Source: Planctomycetota bacterium
Lineage (GTDB): Bacteria > Planctomycetota > JBFWNO01
Assembly: GCA_050251015.1 (NCBI GenBank)
Contig: JBFWNO010000004.1
Coordinates: forward strand, 1 to 57,781
Length of the DNA: 57,781 nt
Direction of reading: 5' to 3'
The translations under genes were made by a program, and so were the position numbers. The notes beneath the pieces were generated by a model. It saw nothing but the letters and a program-made list of their open reading frames with translations. It was not told where the DNA came from and did not search any database. Below, piece by piece: positions 1 through 9,199 of this stretch. Positions within the stretch are counted from its first letter, which is position 1. Every line of letters starts with the position of its first letter.

Positions 1-80
1 CCCCCGTGGGGGGGGTGGGGGGGGGGGGGCCGGACTGCAGTGCACCCCCTCCCCAACCCTCCCCCTCCGGGGGCGGGAGT
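1..80. repeat. G/C-tract, hairpin-prone element truncated by the window edge
   Basis: Read directly: C5-GT-G8-T-G11-CC at 1-30. This is followed by a CCCTCCCCC (57-65) TCC GGGGGCGGG (69-77) stem-loop resembling the hairpins at 884-906 and about 10238-10259. Extent to the left is unknown. Confidence 0.35.
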
Positions 81-88
81 TCAGAAGC

Positions 89-1054
89 ATGACCATTCCC
101 TGGACCTGCCCCATGGTGGATGGAATTCCGGACGCCAGTGACCATTTTGATGAGCGCACCAGGACGCAGGCCGCCCTGCATGATGCCAAGGGGGCCGGCC
201 GCATCAACCCATGGCCCGGTGTGCCGGTCACCCTGATGCAGGCCCAGAGGGAGCGTTGGTTGAAGGCGTTGCGCCTGACTCCGCTGGGTGCAGGGGCCGA
301 CCCGCGTGTCGGCCCACCCCTTGTGCTTGAAATCGGCTGTCACCGCAGTGGCGTGCTGGAGACCTTTGCCAGGGTCGGATGGTCTGTCGCCGGGGTGGAT
401 GTGAGCCGTGCCAGCATCGTTGAGCAACATATGAGACACCCGGGCTGTTTCGCCGTGGCGCCGGCGGAACACATCCCATTGCCCGATGCTTCCGTGGACG
501 TGGTGCTGGCCATCCACGTGCTTGAGCATGTCTCAGACCGTGCCAAGGCCCTCGCCGAGGTGGCGCGCGTGCTCAAGCCCGGCGGCCTGGCCTTCCTGGA
601 GGTACCGCTCAAGGATCCGGGATTCAGCTGGGACGGGTGGCAACGGTGGGTGGACCAAGAGGCCTGGGAAAGGGGAGCTGCCGGAGCCGGTCACGAGATG
701 GTGCGCTTGCCCGTTTCCAAGGTGCTTCTGGGGGAATTGTTGGCGGCAGGCTTGTCGATCCAAAAAGTTGAGCGCGGATGGCGATGGATGGGGCCACTGC
801 TCGATCGGTTGTTGCAGGCTGTGGTCCGTGTTCAATCGTCATTCCCGCGTACGCGGGAATCCATCTTGAAGCCCCCCACCCCGCCCTCCCCCCAAGAGGG
901 GGAGGGATGCCAGAAGTCGGGAACCAACCTGGTGCGTCGCATCATTGGTGTGTTTCTGCGTCTTCTCGACATACTCGAACACCGGCTGATTCCCGGTACC
1001 CACGGGGGCACCCTGTTGGTCTTGGCGGCCAAGCCTTCAGGTGTAGTAGCGTAG
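89..1054 (+). CDS. Class I SAM-dependent methyltransferase with an in-frame palindromic-repeat insertion near the C-terminus
   Basis: SAM-binding LEIGCHRSG, VDVVLAIHVLEHV and LKPGGLAFLEV. The C-terminal tail GGTLLVLAAKPS parallels the tails of the MTs at 7371, 11822 and 21667. Start not verified. The 3' end overlaps the convergent gene by 18 nt. Confidence 0.75.
   Translation: MTIPWTCPMVDGIPDASDHFDERTRTQAALHDAKGAGRINPWPGVPVTLMQAQRERWLKALRLTPLGAGADPRVGPPLVLEIGCHRSGVLETFARVGWSVAGVDVSRASIVEQHMRHPGCFAVAPAEHIPLPDASVDVVLAIHVLEHVSDRAKALAEVARVLKPGGLAFLEVPLKDPGFSWDGWQRWVDQEAWERGAAGAGHEMVRLPVSKVLLGELLAAGLSIQKVERGWRWMGPLLDRLLQAVVRVQSSFPRTRESILKPPTPPSPQEGEGCQKSGTNLVRRIIGVFLRLLDILEHRLIPGTHGGTLLVLAAKPSGVVA
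841..906. repeat. Composite palindromic (REP/MITE-like) element inside the methyltransferase CDS
   Basis: Perfect 20-bp palindrome ATTCCCGCGTACGCGGGAAT (841-860), then a CCCTCCCCC (884-892) CAAGA GGGGGAGGG (898-906) hairpin. Region 871-906 matches the reverse complement of 10237-10272 at about 33/36 positions by hand alignment. It translates in frame as SSFPRTRESILKPPTPPSPQEGEG. Confidence 0.6.
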
Positions 1055-2341
1055 CTGGATGGCCCAGACGAAATAGAGGTTCAGGGTCAGCATCATGACA
1101 AGGGTCGCCACCCGCACCCACGGGTGGCGGGAGAGAAACACCATGTTGATGATGAGTCCCATCGGCAGCCAGTAACGGCCCGATAGCATGTGGCCGGACA
1201 CCGACAGCCGCGAAAATTCCCCGACGAATAAGACAATCGTGAAGATGACAAGGCAGATCAGCAAGGTCCTGACGATCCAACGTGTCGGCCTCAGGAGTGT
1301 TCGGGCGCCATAGAAGCCGAGACAGGCCGTGCCCAGGGCAATGACCTTGTAGCTCCATTCCGGCATTGTGCAGTCTTGCCACCCCAAGGAACCCCAATAA
1401 TGGATGAACATCCATTTGAGGCTTAGGGGGATCTGCACAATGTATTCGATCAGGGAGTCATGGGCGGGTGTTCCCATAAAGTAAGGAGGGTTCCATGAAT
1501 AGTAAGCGGCCCAGGATCCTGCGCCAACGGCCCCAGTGAGCATGGATGCGCGCAAGAGGGCCCGGCGCTTCCTGGCTTTTTCAAGGTAGGCCGCAATGGC
1601 AAGGCCAAAAAACAATGAAGCTGCCATTGGAAGAAACGAGGCCTTGATGCTGGCGAGAGTCAGCAAGCCACCCAGGAACGCTGCAGGTCGATGAGACCTC
1701 CGGAGAAAGATGATTAGACTCAGGAGCGTCCATGTGGCTATAGGCAGTGTGAATGCATCACTGTTCACTGATGAGCTGAGGTAGATCACCATGGGATTGA
1801 GCATCAGGCTGGCCAACAGTAGCGGAGTGCCCCTGAACGGAAGAGCCCGCCCGGCCAAGTGCAGGGTCAGCATCCAAAGGATGGCGGCGTAGAGTGCTGT
1901 GATCCATCGATAGGTCAGAAAGCTGTCCCAAGGGGAAAGCCTGCAAAGTTGGGTCAAGGCATGGGCGGGTCCATGCACCGCCCAGTAATAGAGAGTGGGA
2001 TGGTGGTGGTGGTAGGTGAAGGCTGGCACATGGTCACCCGGGGGATTCCAATCCAATTGGCGGAGGATGACAAGATCTCCGGAAGATAGTTTGCGATCCA
2101 ATTGGAAAATGGAGTCCACCAACAGAGGATTTCCATCAAATGGAGTGGCACGATCAGAAGGAATCAAAGGGTTGGTCGAATCCAATGTGAATGGATGGTC
2201 GGAAAGGGACAGGCAACGGTTGAGGTGGCTCCCTTCGTCCGGACCCGATCCTGGAGGATGGAGTGTGCACCAAAACGCTAGATACGCAAAATAGAGAAGG
2301 AAGCCGAGAATCCATTTCACCCTGGGAAGTCGTGGCCTCAT
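1037..2341 (-). CDS. Polytopic membrane protein, DUF2142-like / GT-C-fold glycosyltransferase candidate
   Basis: Multi-TM ORF with the acidic first-loop motif GSGPDEGSH (PDE..H is typical of DUF2142). The ORF is open to 2428, but the ATG at 2341 forms an ATGA overlap with the stop of the upstream gene (2338-2340), which matches the coupling pattern of the locus. An ATG at 2350 is an alternative start. Confidence 0.7.
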   Translation of the reverse strand: MRPRLPRVKWILGFLLYFAYLAFWCTLHPPGSGPDEGSHLNRCLSLSDHPFTLDSTNPLIPSDRATPFDGNPLLVDSIFQLDRKLSSGDLVILRQLDWNPPGDHVPAFTYHHHHPTLYYWAVHGPAHALTQLCRLSPWDSFLTYRWITALYAAILWMLTLHLAGRALPFRGTPLLLASLMLNPMVIYLSSSVNSDAFTLPIATWTLLSLIIFLRRSHRPAAFLGGLLTLASIKASFLPMAASLFFGLAIAAYLEKARKRRALLRASMLTGAVGAGSWAAYYSWNPPYFMGTPAHDSLIEYIVQIPLSLKWMFIHYWGSLGWQDCTMPEWSYKVIALGTACLGFYGARTLLRPTRWIVRTLLICLVIFTIVLFVGEFSRLSVSGHMLSGRYWLPMGLIINMVFLSRHPWVRVATLVMMLTLNLYFVWAIQLRYYT

Positions 2342-3957
2342 CGGTGACATTGATACAGGGTGAAGCCATTGCTGGTTGCCAAGGGTGTGGCAAGGCTTTT
2401 GATTTTCAGGGTGTTTTGTCGTTTCCATGCCTCAAAGGCTTCCACATGTGAGGCCAACGACTTGGATGTGCCCATCAAGGCAGGCCGATTTGATGTGGGT
2501 TGATCCGCAAGGATGAGATGGGTGACGCCAAGTGCCTTGAATGTTGTGGGCCAATCATCTCCAAACATTCGAGCATCGGAATGCAACATGACAAAGATGG
2601 ATCTGCCAGGGAGGTTCCATTCGGGACCGCGCTCTGAATACACCACAGCCAGTTCAGGCAAATCGGTGGCGAGATGATCCTCCAAGGATGGGGTGGGGGC
2701 ATTCCATAGTGTGGCCAGTCCCGGTTTCAGCTTGAGGTCCCACCACGAGGGCAGGCCTCTGACGGAAAAGAGCGAGAGGGAACAGAGCAACATGACTCCA
2801 CTTAAGGATCGGGGCAGTTTCCAGGAGCCCACTCCGATGAGGATCAGGGGAACAACATAGAGTAGAAATCGTTCTTGGGGGAAGGCGGCCCACCATGCCA
2901 GCAGGCTTCCCGCAACACTCCACATCAAGGGGGATTGCCGGTTCCGTAAGGCCCAAAAGATCCAAGGAACAAAGAAGGGCGAGACTCTCCAGAACACCGT
3001 GGTGGCGATCTCCATCGCATGAAAGCGTTGGGCATGAAAAGCCAGTTCATTCAATTGGGTATCCAGAGAGAACAAGTGGGCTGATTGGGCTTCACCCAGT
3101 ATTCCATAGGTTTGGGGAAAGAGAAAGAATCCCAAAGCACTCCATTGCACGCATCCGATAGCGAGGGTTGTCATGATGAACAGGCCGAGATGGGTCCGTG
3201 TGACACGGCGTTGCCAGATGGCAAGGGCTAACGGAGCCGCTAAAAGGACGGGGATCGTGACCTTGATGCCAAAGGTCAGACCCAAGGCAAGGCATTCGCC
3301 CTTTGTCGGGCTGCGTGTGGCCAGGACCTGCAACAGCTTGCATGTGATGTAAATCCCCAGCATGTCGATAAGGGCCTCCTGGCAAAGGATCCAGGTCAGG
3401 GGGATGCCCAACCAGGCCAAGGCCATCGCCACGGGGTGTTCCTTGGCGTTGTCGCGGATCCAGCGCAGGATGGCGATGGCGCAGATGGCTTGCATCCCTA
3501 TGGCAGCCGAGATCAAGGTCTGATTATCGAATCCCCAGGCTGAAAGCAGAAGGTGGGGGAAGCCCATCAAGGAGTGGTAGAAGGAGGTGCCATCGATGGC
3601 ACTGAGGCCAAAGCGATGGACATCGCGGGGTATGCGCAATTGGTACATGGTCACATCAAAGATCCCCGGCTCAAGGCGGGTGGCGGGATAGGCCAGGAGG
3701 TAGAGCCCATGCTCGACCCTGTCAAACAGGGTGCGCCAACCTTTTATCCAGCCCCAGGCTGATCCCGCGGCAAAAAGAGCGAAGGCGGCGTGGGGGTGCC
3801 AAGGGTTTGCGGCTACGGCCACAATCGATGCCACGGGAAGTGAGATGGCAAAAACCGTGAAAAGATCCCAGCCCCTGGCCTTGGAGACGTGGGCCAGGAG
3901 CATCCAGAGCCCGGGGATGATGATGAAGTATGATGCAAGGGCCATGAAATCCATCAT
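2338..3957 (-). CDS. Polytopic membrane protein with a C-terminal soluble domain; GT-C-like; paralog of 12586..14217
   Basis: 539 aa with about 12 hydrophobic segments. The block YLLAYPATRLEPGIFDVTMYQLRIPRDVHRFGLSAIDGT aligns with YLVIWPASLLPITQYDALHYQLRIPRSIHRIGLSVVDGT of 12586..14217. Confidence 0.75.
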   Translation of the reverse strand: MMDFMALASYFIIIPGLWMLLAHVSKARGWDLFTVFAISLPVASIVAVAANPWHPHAAFALFAAGSAWGWIKGWRTLFDRVEHGLYLLAYPATRLEPGIFDVTMYQLRIPRDVHRFGLSAIDGTSFYHSLMGFPHLLLSAWGFDNQTLISAAIGMQAICAIAILRWIRDNAKEHPVAMALAWLGIPLTWILCQEALIDMLGIYITCKLLQVLATRSPTKGECLALGLTFGIKVTIPVLLAAPLALAIWQRRVTRTHLGLFIMTTLAIGCVQWSALGFFLFPQTYGILGEAQSAHLFSLDTQLNELAFHAQRFHAMEIATTVFWRVSPFFVPWIFWALRNRQSPLMWSVAGSLLAWWAAFPQERFLLYVVPLILIGVGSWKLPRSLSGVMLLCSLSLFSVRGLPSWWDLKLKPGLATLWNAPTPSLEDHLATDLPELAVVYSERGPEWNLPGRSIFVMLHSDARMFGDDWPTTFKALGVTHLILADQPTSNRPALMGTSKSLASHVEAFEAWKRQNTLKIKSLATPLATSNGFTLYQCHR

Positions 3958-3978
3958 AACTCCCTATGGGAAGGGCAC

Positions 3979-4926
3979 ATGAAGACGGCACCCGTGGCGG
4001 TTTCAGTGGTCATTGTTTCATGGAATTCAAGAAACCATCTGGCCATGTGCCTTCCTTCCCTGGTGAACCAGGCCGGGGTGCCGATCGAGGTGATTGTGGT
4101 GGACAACTTCAGCCGCGATGGATCGGCCGATTTTGTGAGGCGGGAGTTTCCCTCCGTGCGCCTGATGGCCTTGAAGGACAACCTCGGGTTTGGCCACGGC
4201 TGCAATGTGGGCGCCAGGGAAGCCGTGGGTCGTCACATCCTTTTCCTCAATCCCGACACCGTGGTGGCCCAGGGGTGCATCGAAACGTTGGCCGCCTGGC
4301 TCGACAGCCACAGTGCGGCGGGGGCCGTGGCTCCTCGACTCCAGAACCTGGACGGGAGCCTCCAGCCCAGTGCCCGCCGTTTGCCCACTCTCTGGGGGGA
4401 GTTCTGCCAGGAGTTCAGGCTCAGTTCCCTGTTTGCCCAATCGGAGATGTTTTCTTCGTACTACATGGCGGGCTGGGATCACGCTGTCGAGCGCACGCTT
4501 GAGGCCGTGACGGGTGCCAGCTTCATGATCCGGCGGGAGGTCTTCAATCGCATCGGGGGCTTTGATGCCGAATTTTTCATGTACTACGAAGAGATGGATC
4601 TCTTCAAGAGATTGCGTCAGTCGGGCTATACCCTCACCTATCTTCCTTCGGCCTGCGTGGCCCACGTGGGCGGGGGGTCCACAGGGGGCTTCAATGCCCT
4701 GAGCCATGGCTGGCTTCTGAATTCGAGGGTCCTGTACCACAGCAAGGAGTCGGGTGAGTCGGCGGTGTGGATCCTTTGGGTGATCCATGTGATGTCCGCC
4801 GTGGTGGTGGGACTGTTTGCCATCCTGGCGGATGTCCTGGGGGTTGCCCCAGAAAAGGCCCGAGTCCACAGGGAGCGCAGCCGGTTCACCCTCACCCACG
4901 TGCTGGGCCGGACCCTGGGCCCATGA
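3979..4926 (+). CDS. Glycosyltransferase family 2
   Basis: VSVVIVSWNSRNHLAMCLPSL, VVDNFSRDGS, NLGFGHGCNVG and an FLNPDT acidic motif. This is the typical GT-A/GT2 N-terminal architecture. Confidence 0.85.
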   Translation: MKTAPVAVSVVIVSWNSRNHLAMCLPSLVNQAGVPIEVIVVDNFSRDGSADFVRREFPSVRLMALKDNLGFGHGCNVGAREAVGRHILFLNPDTVVAQGCIETLAAWLDSHSAAGAVAPRLQNLDGSLQPSARRLPTLWGEFCQEFRLSSLFAQSEMFSSYYMAGWDHAVERTLEAVTGASFMIRREVFNRIGGFDAEFFMYYEEMDLFKRLRQSGYTLTYLPSACVAHVGGGSTGGFNALSHGWLLNSRVLYHSKESGESAVWILWVIHVMSAVVVGLFAILADVLGVAPEKARVHRERSRFTLTHVLGRTLGP

Positions 4927-5927
4927 ACATCGGCATCACGATTCCCTCGCTCCACGTGGCCGGGGGGATCAAATGCCTCCTCAAGGTGGCCTCGGGGCTT
5001 CGGGCCCGCGGGCACAAGGTGACCTGCTATTGGCGCAGTTATTCCACACTCAACCACCTCAAGTCGCTTTTCATCCCGCCGATCGTCCGCTGGACGGAGG
5101 AGCCGCACCAGGTGGTGCCGGTGCTCGAGTGGAGCGACATCCCCCGTCACGACGCCCTGATCGCCAGTTCCTGGCGCACCGCAACCCCGGTCTGCGCCTG
5201 GTCGCAATCAACGGGAGGCAAGGGTCTTTATTACATCCAGCATCACGAAGCCATGTGGGACGGGGGGGAGGAGGCGGCCGCCACCTACAAACTTCCCCTG
5301 AAGCAGGTGGTGATCTCTTCGTGGCTCCAGACCACCATGAAGCAGGTGTATGGTCAGGAGAGCACGGTGTTGGTGACCCCGGTGGATGAGGCGCTGTTCC
5401 AGGAAGTCAATCCTCGCCCCGACCGCCCCCAGCGCGTCCTGTTGCTCCATCACACCTTCGATTGGAAAGGTTTTCCCGAGGGGGTTGCGGCAATTGAAGA
5501 AGTGCGCAGGACACACCCCCGCCTCCAACCCGTGGTGCTGGCGGGTCGCGAAAGGCCCGCAGGTTTGCCTGCGGGATATGAGGTGCACTTTCAGCCGGGT
5601 CCCAAGGAGCTCCGCCAACTCTATGCCGGATGTGGCATCTTCCTGTGTTCTAGCTGGCACGAAGGCCTGGGAATGCCCGCTATGGAGGCCATGGCCACAG
5701 GGGCCCTCTTGGTCACCACGGATACAGGGGGTTCGCGAGACTATGCCATCCAGGGGCAAACAGCCTGGGTAAGTCTCCCCCGCGACCCCAAGGGCCTGGC
5801 CCGGGGTCTAGCCCAGGGCCTCGAACGGTGGGATGAACTGGAACCGATGCGGCACAAGGGGCAGGCAAAGATCCGTGAATTTCAATGGGGGAGGAACCTG
5901 GATATCCTGGAGTCACTGCTCCGATGA
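4923..5927 (+). CDS. Glycosyltransferase family 4 (GT-B)
   Basis: The ATG at 4923 (MNIGITIPSLHVAGGIK) forms an ATGA overlap with the upstream stop. E-x7-E region: HEGLGMPAMEAMATGALLVTTDTGG. The longer ORF from 4767 is read-through of the upstream gene in another frame. Confidence 0.8.
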   Translation: MNIGITIPSLHVAGGIKCLLKVASGLRARGHKVTCYWRSYSTLNHLKSLFIPPIVRWTEEPHQVVPVLEWSDIPRHDALIASSWRTATPVCAWSQSTGGKGLYYIQHHEAMWDGGEEAAATYKLPLKQVVISSWLQTTMKQVYGQESTVLVTPVDEALFQEVNPRPDRPQRVLLLHHTFDWKGFPEGVAAIEEVRRTHPRLQPVVLAGRERPAGLPAGYEVHFQPGPKELRQLYAGCGIFLCSSWHEGLGMPAMEAMATGALLVTTDTGGSRDYAIQGQTAWVSLPRDPKGLARGLAQGLERWDELEPMRHKGQAKIREFQWGRNLDILESLLR

Positions 5928-7354
5928 TCCGCCGCCTTGTGATGCTGATGGCTGTCGCATTGTTAGCATCGGTGGCCTTCCTGGGTTGGCGCATTTGTGA
6001 GAGCCGTCTCTACGAGGTCAAGGGCCTGGAGTTTCATGTGGTCCATTCCCTGCAATCGCTCCGTCGAACGGGAACAGCCTACCCCGATCCCGCCCAGCCG
6101 CCCCACCTGCTCACCCAATACGGCCCCCTTTATTACCGCTTGGTGTCGGCTCAGGCCCCTCAGGGTCTGGACCCGATCGACTTGATCACGGCCGGGCGCA
6201 GGGTCTCGGGATTCCTTTCCCTGGCCTTGCTCGCGGTTTTGGGAGGGCTTGGCCTCCGTCTGGGTTTGGGATGGACATTGCTCTTGCCCACCCTGGCCCT
6301 GGCCCTGGCGGAAGTGGCCCCTTGGATTTTTCTATGCCGCCCCGATGCCCTGACCCTCCTCTGTTTCATGGCGGCTGTGGGCTCCTTCATGAGGGCGGTG
6401 CCGGGCGATGTGGGCAGGGGCGGGCCCTGGCCGGCTCTCGCCGCCGGGGTCTGGTCAGGGCTTGCTCTCTTGAGCAAACAATCGGCCATCATGCTTCTCC
6501 CGTTGTTTCCGGTCTTGGGATGGTGGGGTGGGCGCAGGGCCTTTGTTCCGGCAGTGGCCGGATGTGTGGCCGTCCTCGGTTCGGCTCCATGGGTGGCGGG
6601 GGCTCCATGGGGGCAACTGCTCACACAATTGATGCTCGGCATGAACAACGGGACAAGCCTGATCGAGGCCCTTCATCGGGCCTATGAGCCCGCCTCTCAT
6701 GTCTTTCCGTTGCATGCGGCAGCCCTGGTGGTGGCGTGGGGTGTGCTTCGGGACCATAGGACTAGGTTGGCGCAGAGCATGCTGGCTACAGCCTACATTG
6801 CCGCGTTTGTGCTTGCGGCCATCAGCGCCTTGAAAGTGGGTTCGGCCTGGCACTATTTCAACGAAAGCGTGGTCTGTGCCTTTCTGCTAGTGGGGTGGAA
6901 GTTGACCGACCTTTCGAAGACGGGACGCATGACCTCGTCGCTCTGGGCCCTGCTTATCCTTTCGGTAATGGCACACGGCTCGTTCACGGCCTTGCGAAGA
7001 CACAACATGTATTACCAAGCCCTGCCCCAGGTTTTCAGGCTCACACCGGAAGTCGCCCGATATGTTGAAAAAGTGATGGCATCTGGATCCGATGATCTCG
7101 CCTTCACTCCCGACAGGGAGCTGCCACTGTGGGTGCCCGGTTGTTTTGTTTTCCCCCAACCCTACTTCGCCGAGGTGCTCCACGAGGTCAATCCCGACCC
7201 CGGCTCTTGGCTCCGCCAGGATGTGGCATCGGGGAGATTGCGATGGTTGGTGCTTCCTGAGGACACCCAGCCCTCGGCGTGGCTTGGCGAAACCTTCGAA
7301 GGCTTTGAATTTGAGGCTTCCGTGCCCCCGTTTGACATCTGGCGCCGGCGTTGA
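5924..7354 (+). CDS. Polytopic membrane protein, GT-C-like (PMT_2/ArnT-like layout) with a C-terminal soluble domain
   Basis: ATG at 5924 (MIRRLVMLMAVALLASVAF) with an ATGA overlap. About 11 hydrophobic segments followed by a soluble tail of about 110 aa. No specific family motif recognised. Confidence 0.7.
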   Translation: MIRRLVMLMAVALLASVAFLGWRICESRLYEVKGLEFHVVHSLQSLRRTGTAYPDPAQPPHLLTQYGPLYYRLVSAQAPQGLDPIDLITAGRRVSGFLSLALLAVLGGLGLRLGLGWTLLLPTLALALAEVAPWIFLCRPDALTLLCFMAAVGSFMRAVPGDVGRGGPWPALAAGVWSGLALLSKQSAIMLLPLFPVLGWWGGRRAFVPAVAGCVAVLGSAPWVAGAPWGQLLTQLMLGMNNGTSLIEALHRAYEPASHVFPLHAAALVVAWGVLRDHRTRLAQSMLATAYIAAFVLAAISALKVGSAWHYFNESVVCAFLLVGWKLTDLSKTGRMTSSLWALLILSVMAHGSFTALRRHNMYYQALPQVFRLTPEVARYVEKVMASGSDDLAFTPDRELPLWVPGCFVFPQPYFAEVLHEVNPDPGSWLRQDVASGRLRWLVLPEDTQPSAWLGETFEGFEFEASVPPFDIWRRR

Positions 7355-7370
7355 ATCCTATAATGACCCG

Positions 7371-8090
7371 ATGCGTTCGCACATGTACGAGGATCTGGCC
7401 CGCAAGGAAAAGGGCTACTGGTGGCATGTGGTGCGCCGGGGCAACCTGATCGACGCCCTTCGTCGGGCCGGCTTCCAAGGCGGCCGAGTCCTGGAGGTGG
7501 GCTGTGGCACGGGTGCCAATCTCCGGGATCTGAGAAAGTTGGGCTGGAGTGTGACCGGAGTTGATCTTGCGCCCGAGGCCCTGGCCCATTGCCGGGATCT
7601 TCCCGTGCTCCGGGCCAATGGGCTCAAACCCCTTCCATTCAAGGACGGGGCCTTCGACGCAGTGGTGATGCTTGACGTGTTGGAACATCTTGAGGATGTA
7701 GCGCCTTTGATTGCTGAGACACGCCGTGTCCTCCGCACCAAGGGTGTGGTGATGGTGATGGTGCCGGCCGATCCATCGCTCTGGAGCTACTGGGATGAGA
7801 TGAATGGCCATCGCCGGCGCTACACCCGTGAAAGCCTGTCGGCCTGTTTCCAGGGCTGGCGCAGAGAGGGCGGGGGCTTCAGTTTTTCCTTCATGGCGGC
7901 CCCGGTGAAGATTTACCGGCGACTGAAGTCCCGATCCGTGCGCAAGGACGATCACACCGATTTCATCGACCTGCCTTCCTGGCTCAACACTCTGTTGGTG
8001 GCGGCAGGCACACTGGAGAGGTCGCTGGCCCGGATTCTTCCCTTGCCTTGCGGCACCACCCTGTCGGGGGTTTGGAGGAAAACGGCATGA
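7371..8090 (+). CDS. Class I SAM-dependent methyltransferase
   Basis: Start MRSHMYEDLARKEKGYWWHV. SAM motif VLEVGCGTGANLRDL, plus FDAVVMLDVLEHLED. Paralog of 11822..12589. Confidence 0.85.
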   Translation: MRSHMYEDLARKEKGYWWHVVRRGNLIDALRRAGFQGGRVLEVGCGTGANLRDLRKLGWSVTGVDLAPEALAHCRDLPVLRANGLKPLPFKDGAFDAVVMLDVLEHLEDVAPLIAETRRVLRTKGVVMVMVPADPSLWSYWDEMNGHRRRYTRESLSACFQGWRREGGGFSFSFMAAPVKIYRRLKSRSVRKDDHTDFIDLPSWLNTLLVAAGTLERSLARILPLPCGTTLSGVWRKTA

Positions 8091-9010
8091 GGCTTTCGTT
8101 CATCCTTCCCGTCTACAACGAGTCGGCCACCTTGAGGGAGTTCTTCCTGGAGGTCCGTGCCGCCGCCCAGAATCTGGCGGAGGAAAGGGAGTTCATCTTC
8201 ATCAATGACGGCAGTCGCGACGGTTCCCTGGCCGTGATGAAATCGCTGAGGACAGAGGTGGGGCCAGGCGAGATCTTCCGCATCCTCGACTTCTCCCGCA
8301 ATTTCGGTCAGCAGGCCGCTGTCACTGCCGGGGTCGAGCATGCCACGGGTGATGCCATCATCCTGATGGACACCGACATGCAGGATGACCCCGCGGCCTT
8401 TGCCGAGTTTGTGAGGGTTTGGAAGGCCGGCCATGACGTGGTTTATGCCGTGCGTTCGTCCCGTCGGGAATCCGTGGTGATGAGGTTCCTGTTCCGGAGT
8501 TTCTACCGGATCCTGGGGAGTCTTTCGAATGTCGAAATCCCCATGGATGCAGGGAACTTCGGACTGATTTCCCGCCGCGTGGCCGATGAGATCCGGGGCC
8601 TTCCCGAGCACAACCGTTACTTTCCCGGCCTGAGGGCCTGGGTGGGGTTCCCCCGTGCCGGGGTCGATGTGCCGCGCCGTTCCAGGGGTGACGGCCCCAG
8701 CCGGCTGGGGTTCAGCGGCCTGTTCCGGCTCGCGGTGGATGGCTTATTGGCCTTCTCCGACGCTCCTCTTCGGCTGGCCTTTTTGGCTGCCTTCATTCTT
8801 TCTTTCCTGGCTGTGGCTGGCGTGGTTGTGATTGTTGGAATCAAACTCTTCACAGACAAGGCTGTTGTCATGTGGGCTTCCATCATGTGTTCGGTGCTCT
8901 TCATCGGGGCCATGCAGTTCTTCCTGATCGGACTACTGGGGGAATACATTGGCCGGATCTATTCCGAGGTCAAACGCAGGCCGCACTACATCGTGAGGGA
9001 AGTTCTTTGA
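8087..9010 (+). CDS. Polyprenyl-phosphate glycosyltransferase, GtrB/ArnC/DPM1-like GT2
   Basis: SFILPVYNES, FINDGSRDGS, RNFGQQAA, ILMDTDMQDDP. Two C-terminal TM helices and the characteristic tail GEYIGRIYSEVKRRPHYIVREV. ATGA overlap at 8087-8090. Confidence 0.85.
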   Translation: MRLSFILPVYNESATLREFFLEVRAAAQNLAEEREFIFINDGSRDGSLAVMKSLRTEVGPGEIFRILDFSRNFGQQAAVTAGVEHATGDAIILMDTDMQDDPAAFAEFVRVWKAGHDVVYAVRSSRRESVVMRFLFRSFYRILGSLSNVEIPMDAGNFGLISRRVADEIRGLPEHNRYFPGLRAWVGFPRAGVDVPRRSRGDGPSRLGFSGLFRLAVDGLLAFSDAPLRLAFLAAFILSFLAVAGVVVIVGIKLFTDKAVVMWASIMCSVLFIGAMQFFLIGLLGEYIGRIYSEVKRRPHYIVREVL

Positions 9011-9017
9011 TGGAGTG

Positions 9018-9089
9018 TAGCCATGTGGGCGGGGTGGGGTGTGTTCCCCGCAGCGACGAATCACGTGGAAGTCGCAAGGGGAATACACA
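9018..9089. repeat. 72-bp imperfect palindromic (REP/MITE-like) element, intergenic copy
   Basis: Arm GGCGGGGTGGGGTGTGTTCCCC (9018-9039) is complementary to arm GGGGAATACACACTTCCCCGCC (9068-9089). The reverse complement of the core matches the core of the element inside valS (47460-47532) at 24/28 positions by hand alignment. Confidence 0.7.
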
Positions 9090-9199
9090 CTTCCCCGCCC
9101 TTTCGTGAAGGCGAATGCTGTAAAAGTGGGCTGGAGGGGATGGCCCCGTCGCCGCTTTTCAATAGAGCAGTATCCGCTTCGAATTGACATGATTGTGCC

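Noticed and set aside
4767-4922. Long N-terminal extensions of track ORFs (this one, and likewise 5885, 7092, 8048, 14178, 19586, 24760, 26298, 2428 and 16456 on their strands)
   Set aside because: Each extension overlaps the 3' part of the preceding well-supported gene in another frame. Each also contains an internal ATG/GTG that forms a 4-nt or 1-nt start/stop overlap followed by a canonical family N-terminus.
9184-9189. Perfect TTGACA hexamer upstream of the ArnT-like gene
   Set aside because: It lies only 10 nt before ATG 9200, leaving no room for a -10 box and transcription start for that start codon. It is probably a chance occurrence unless the true start is further downstream.
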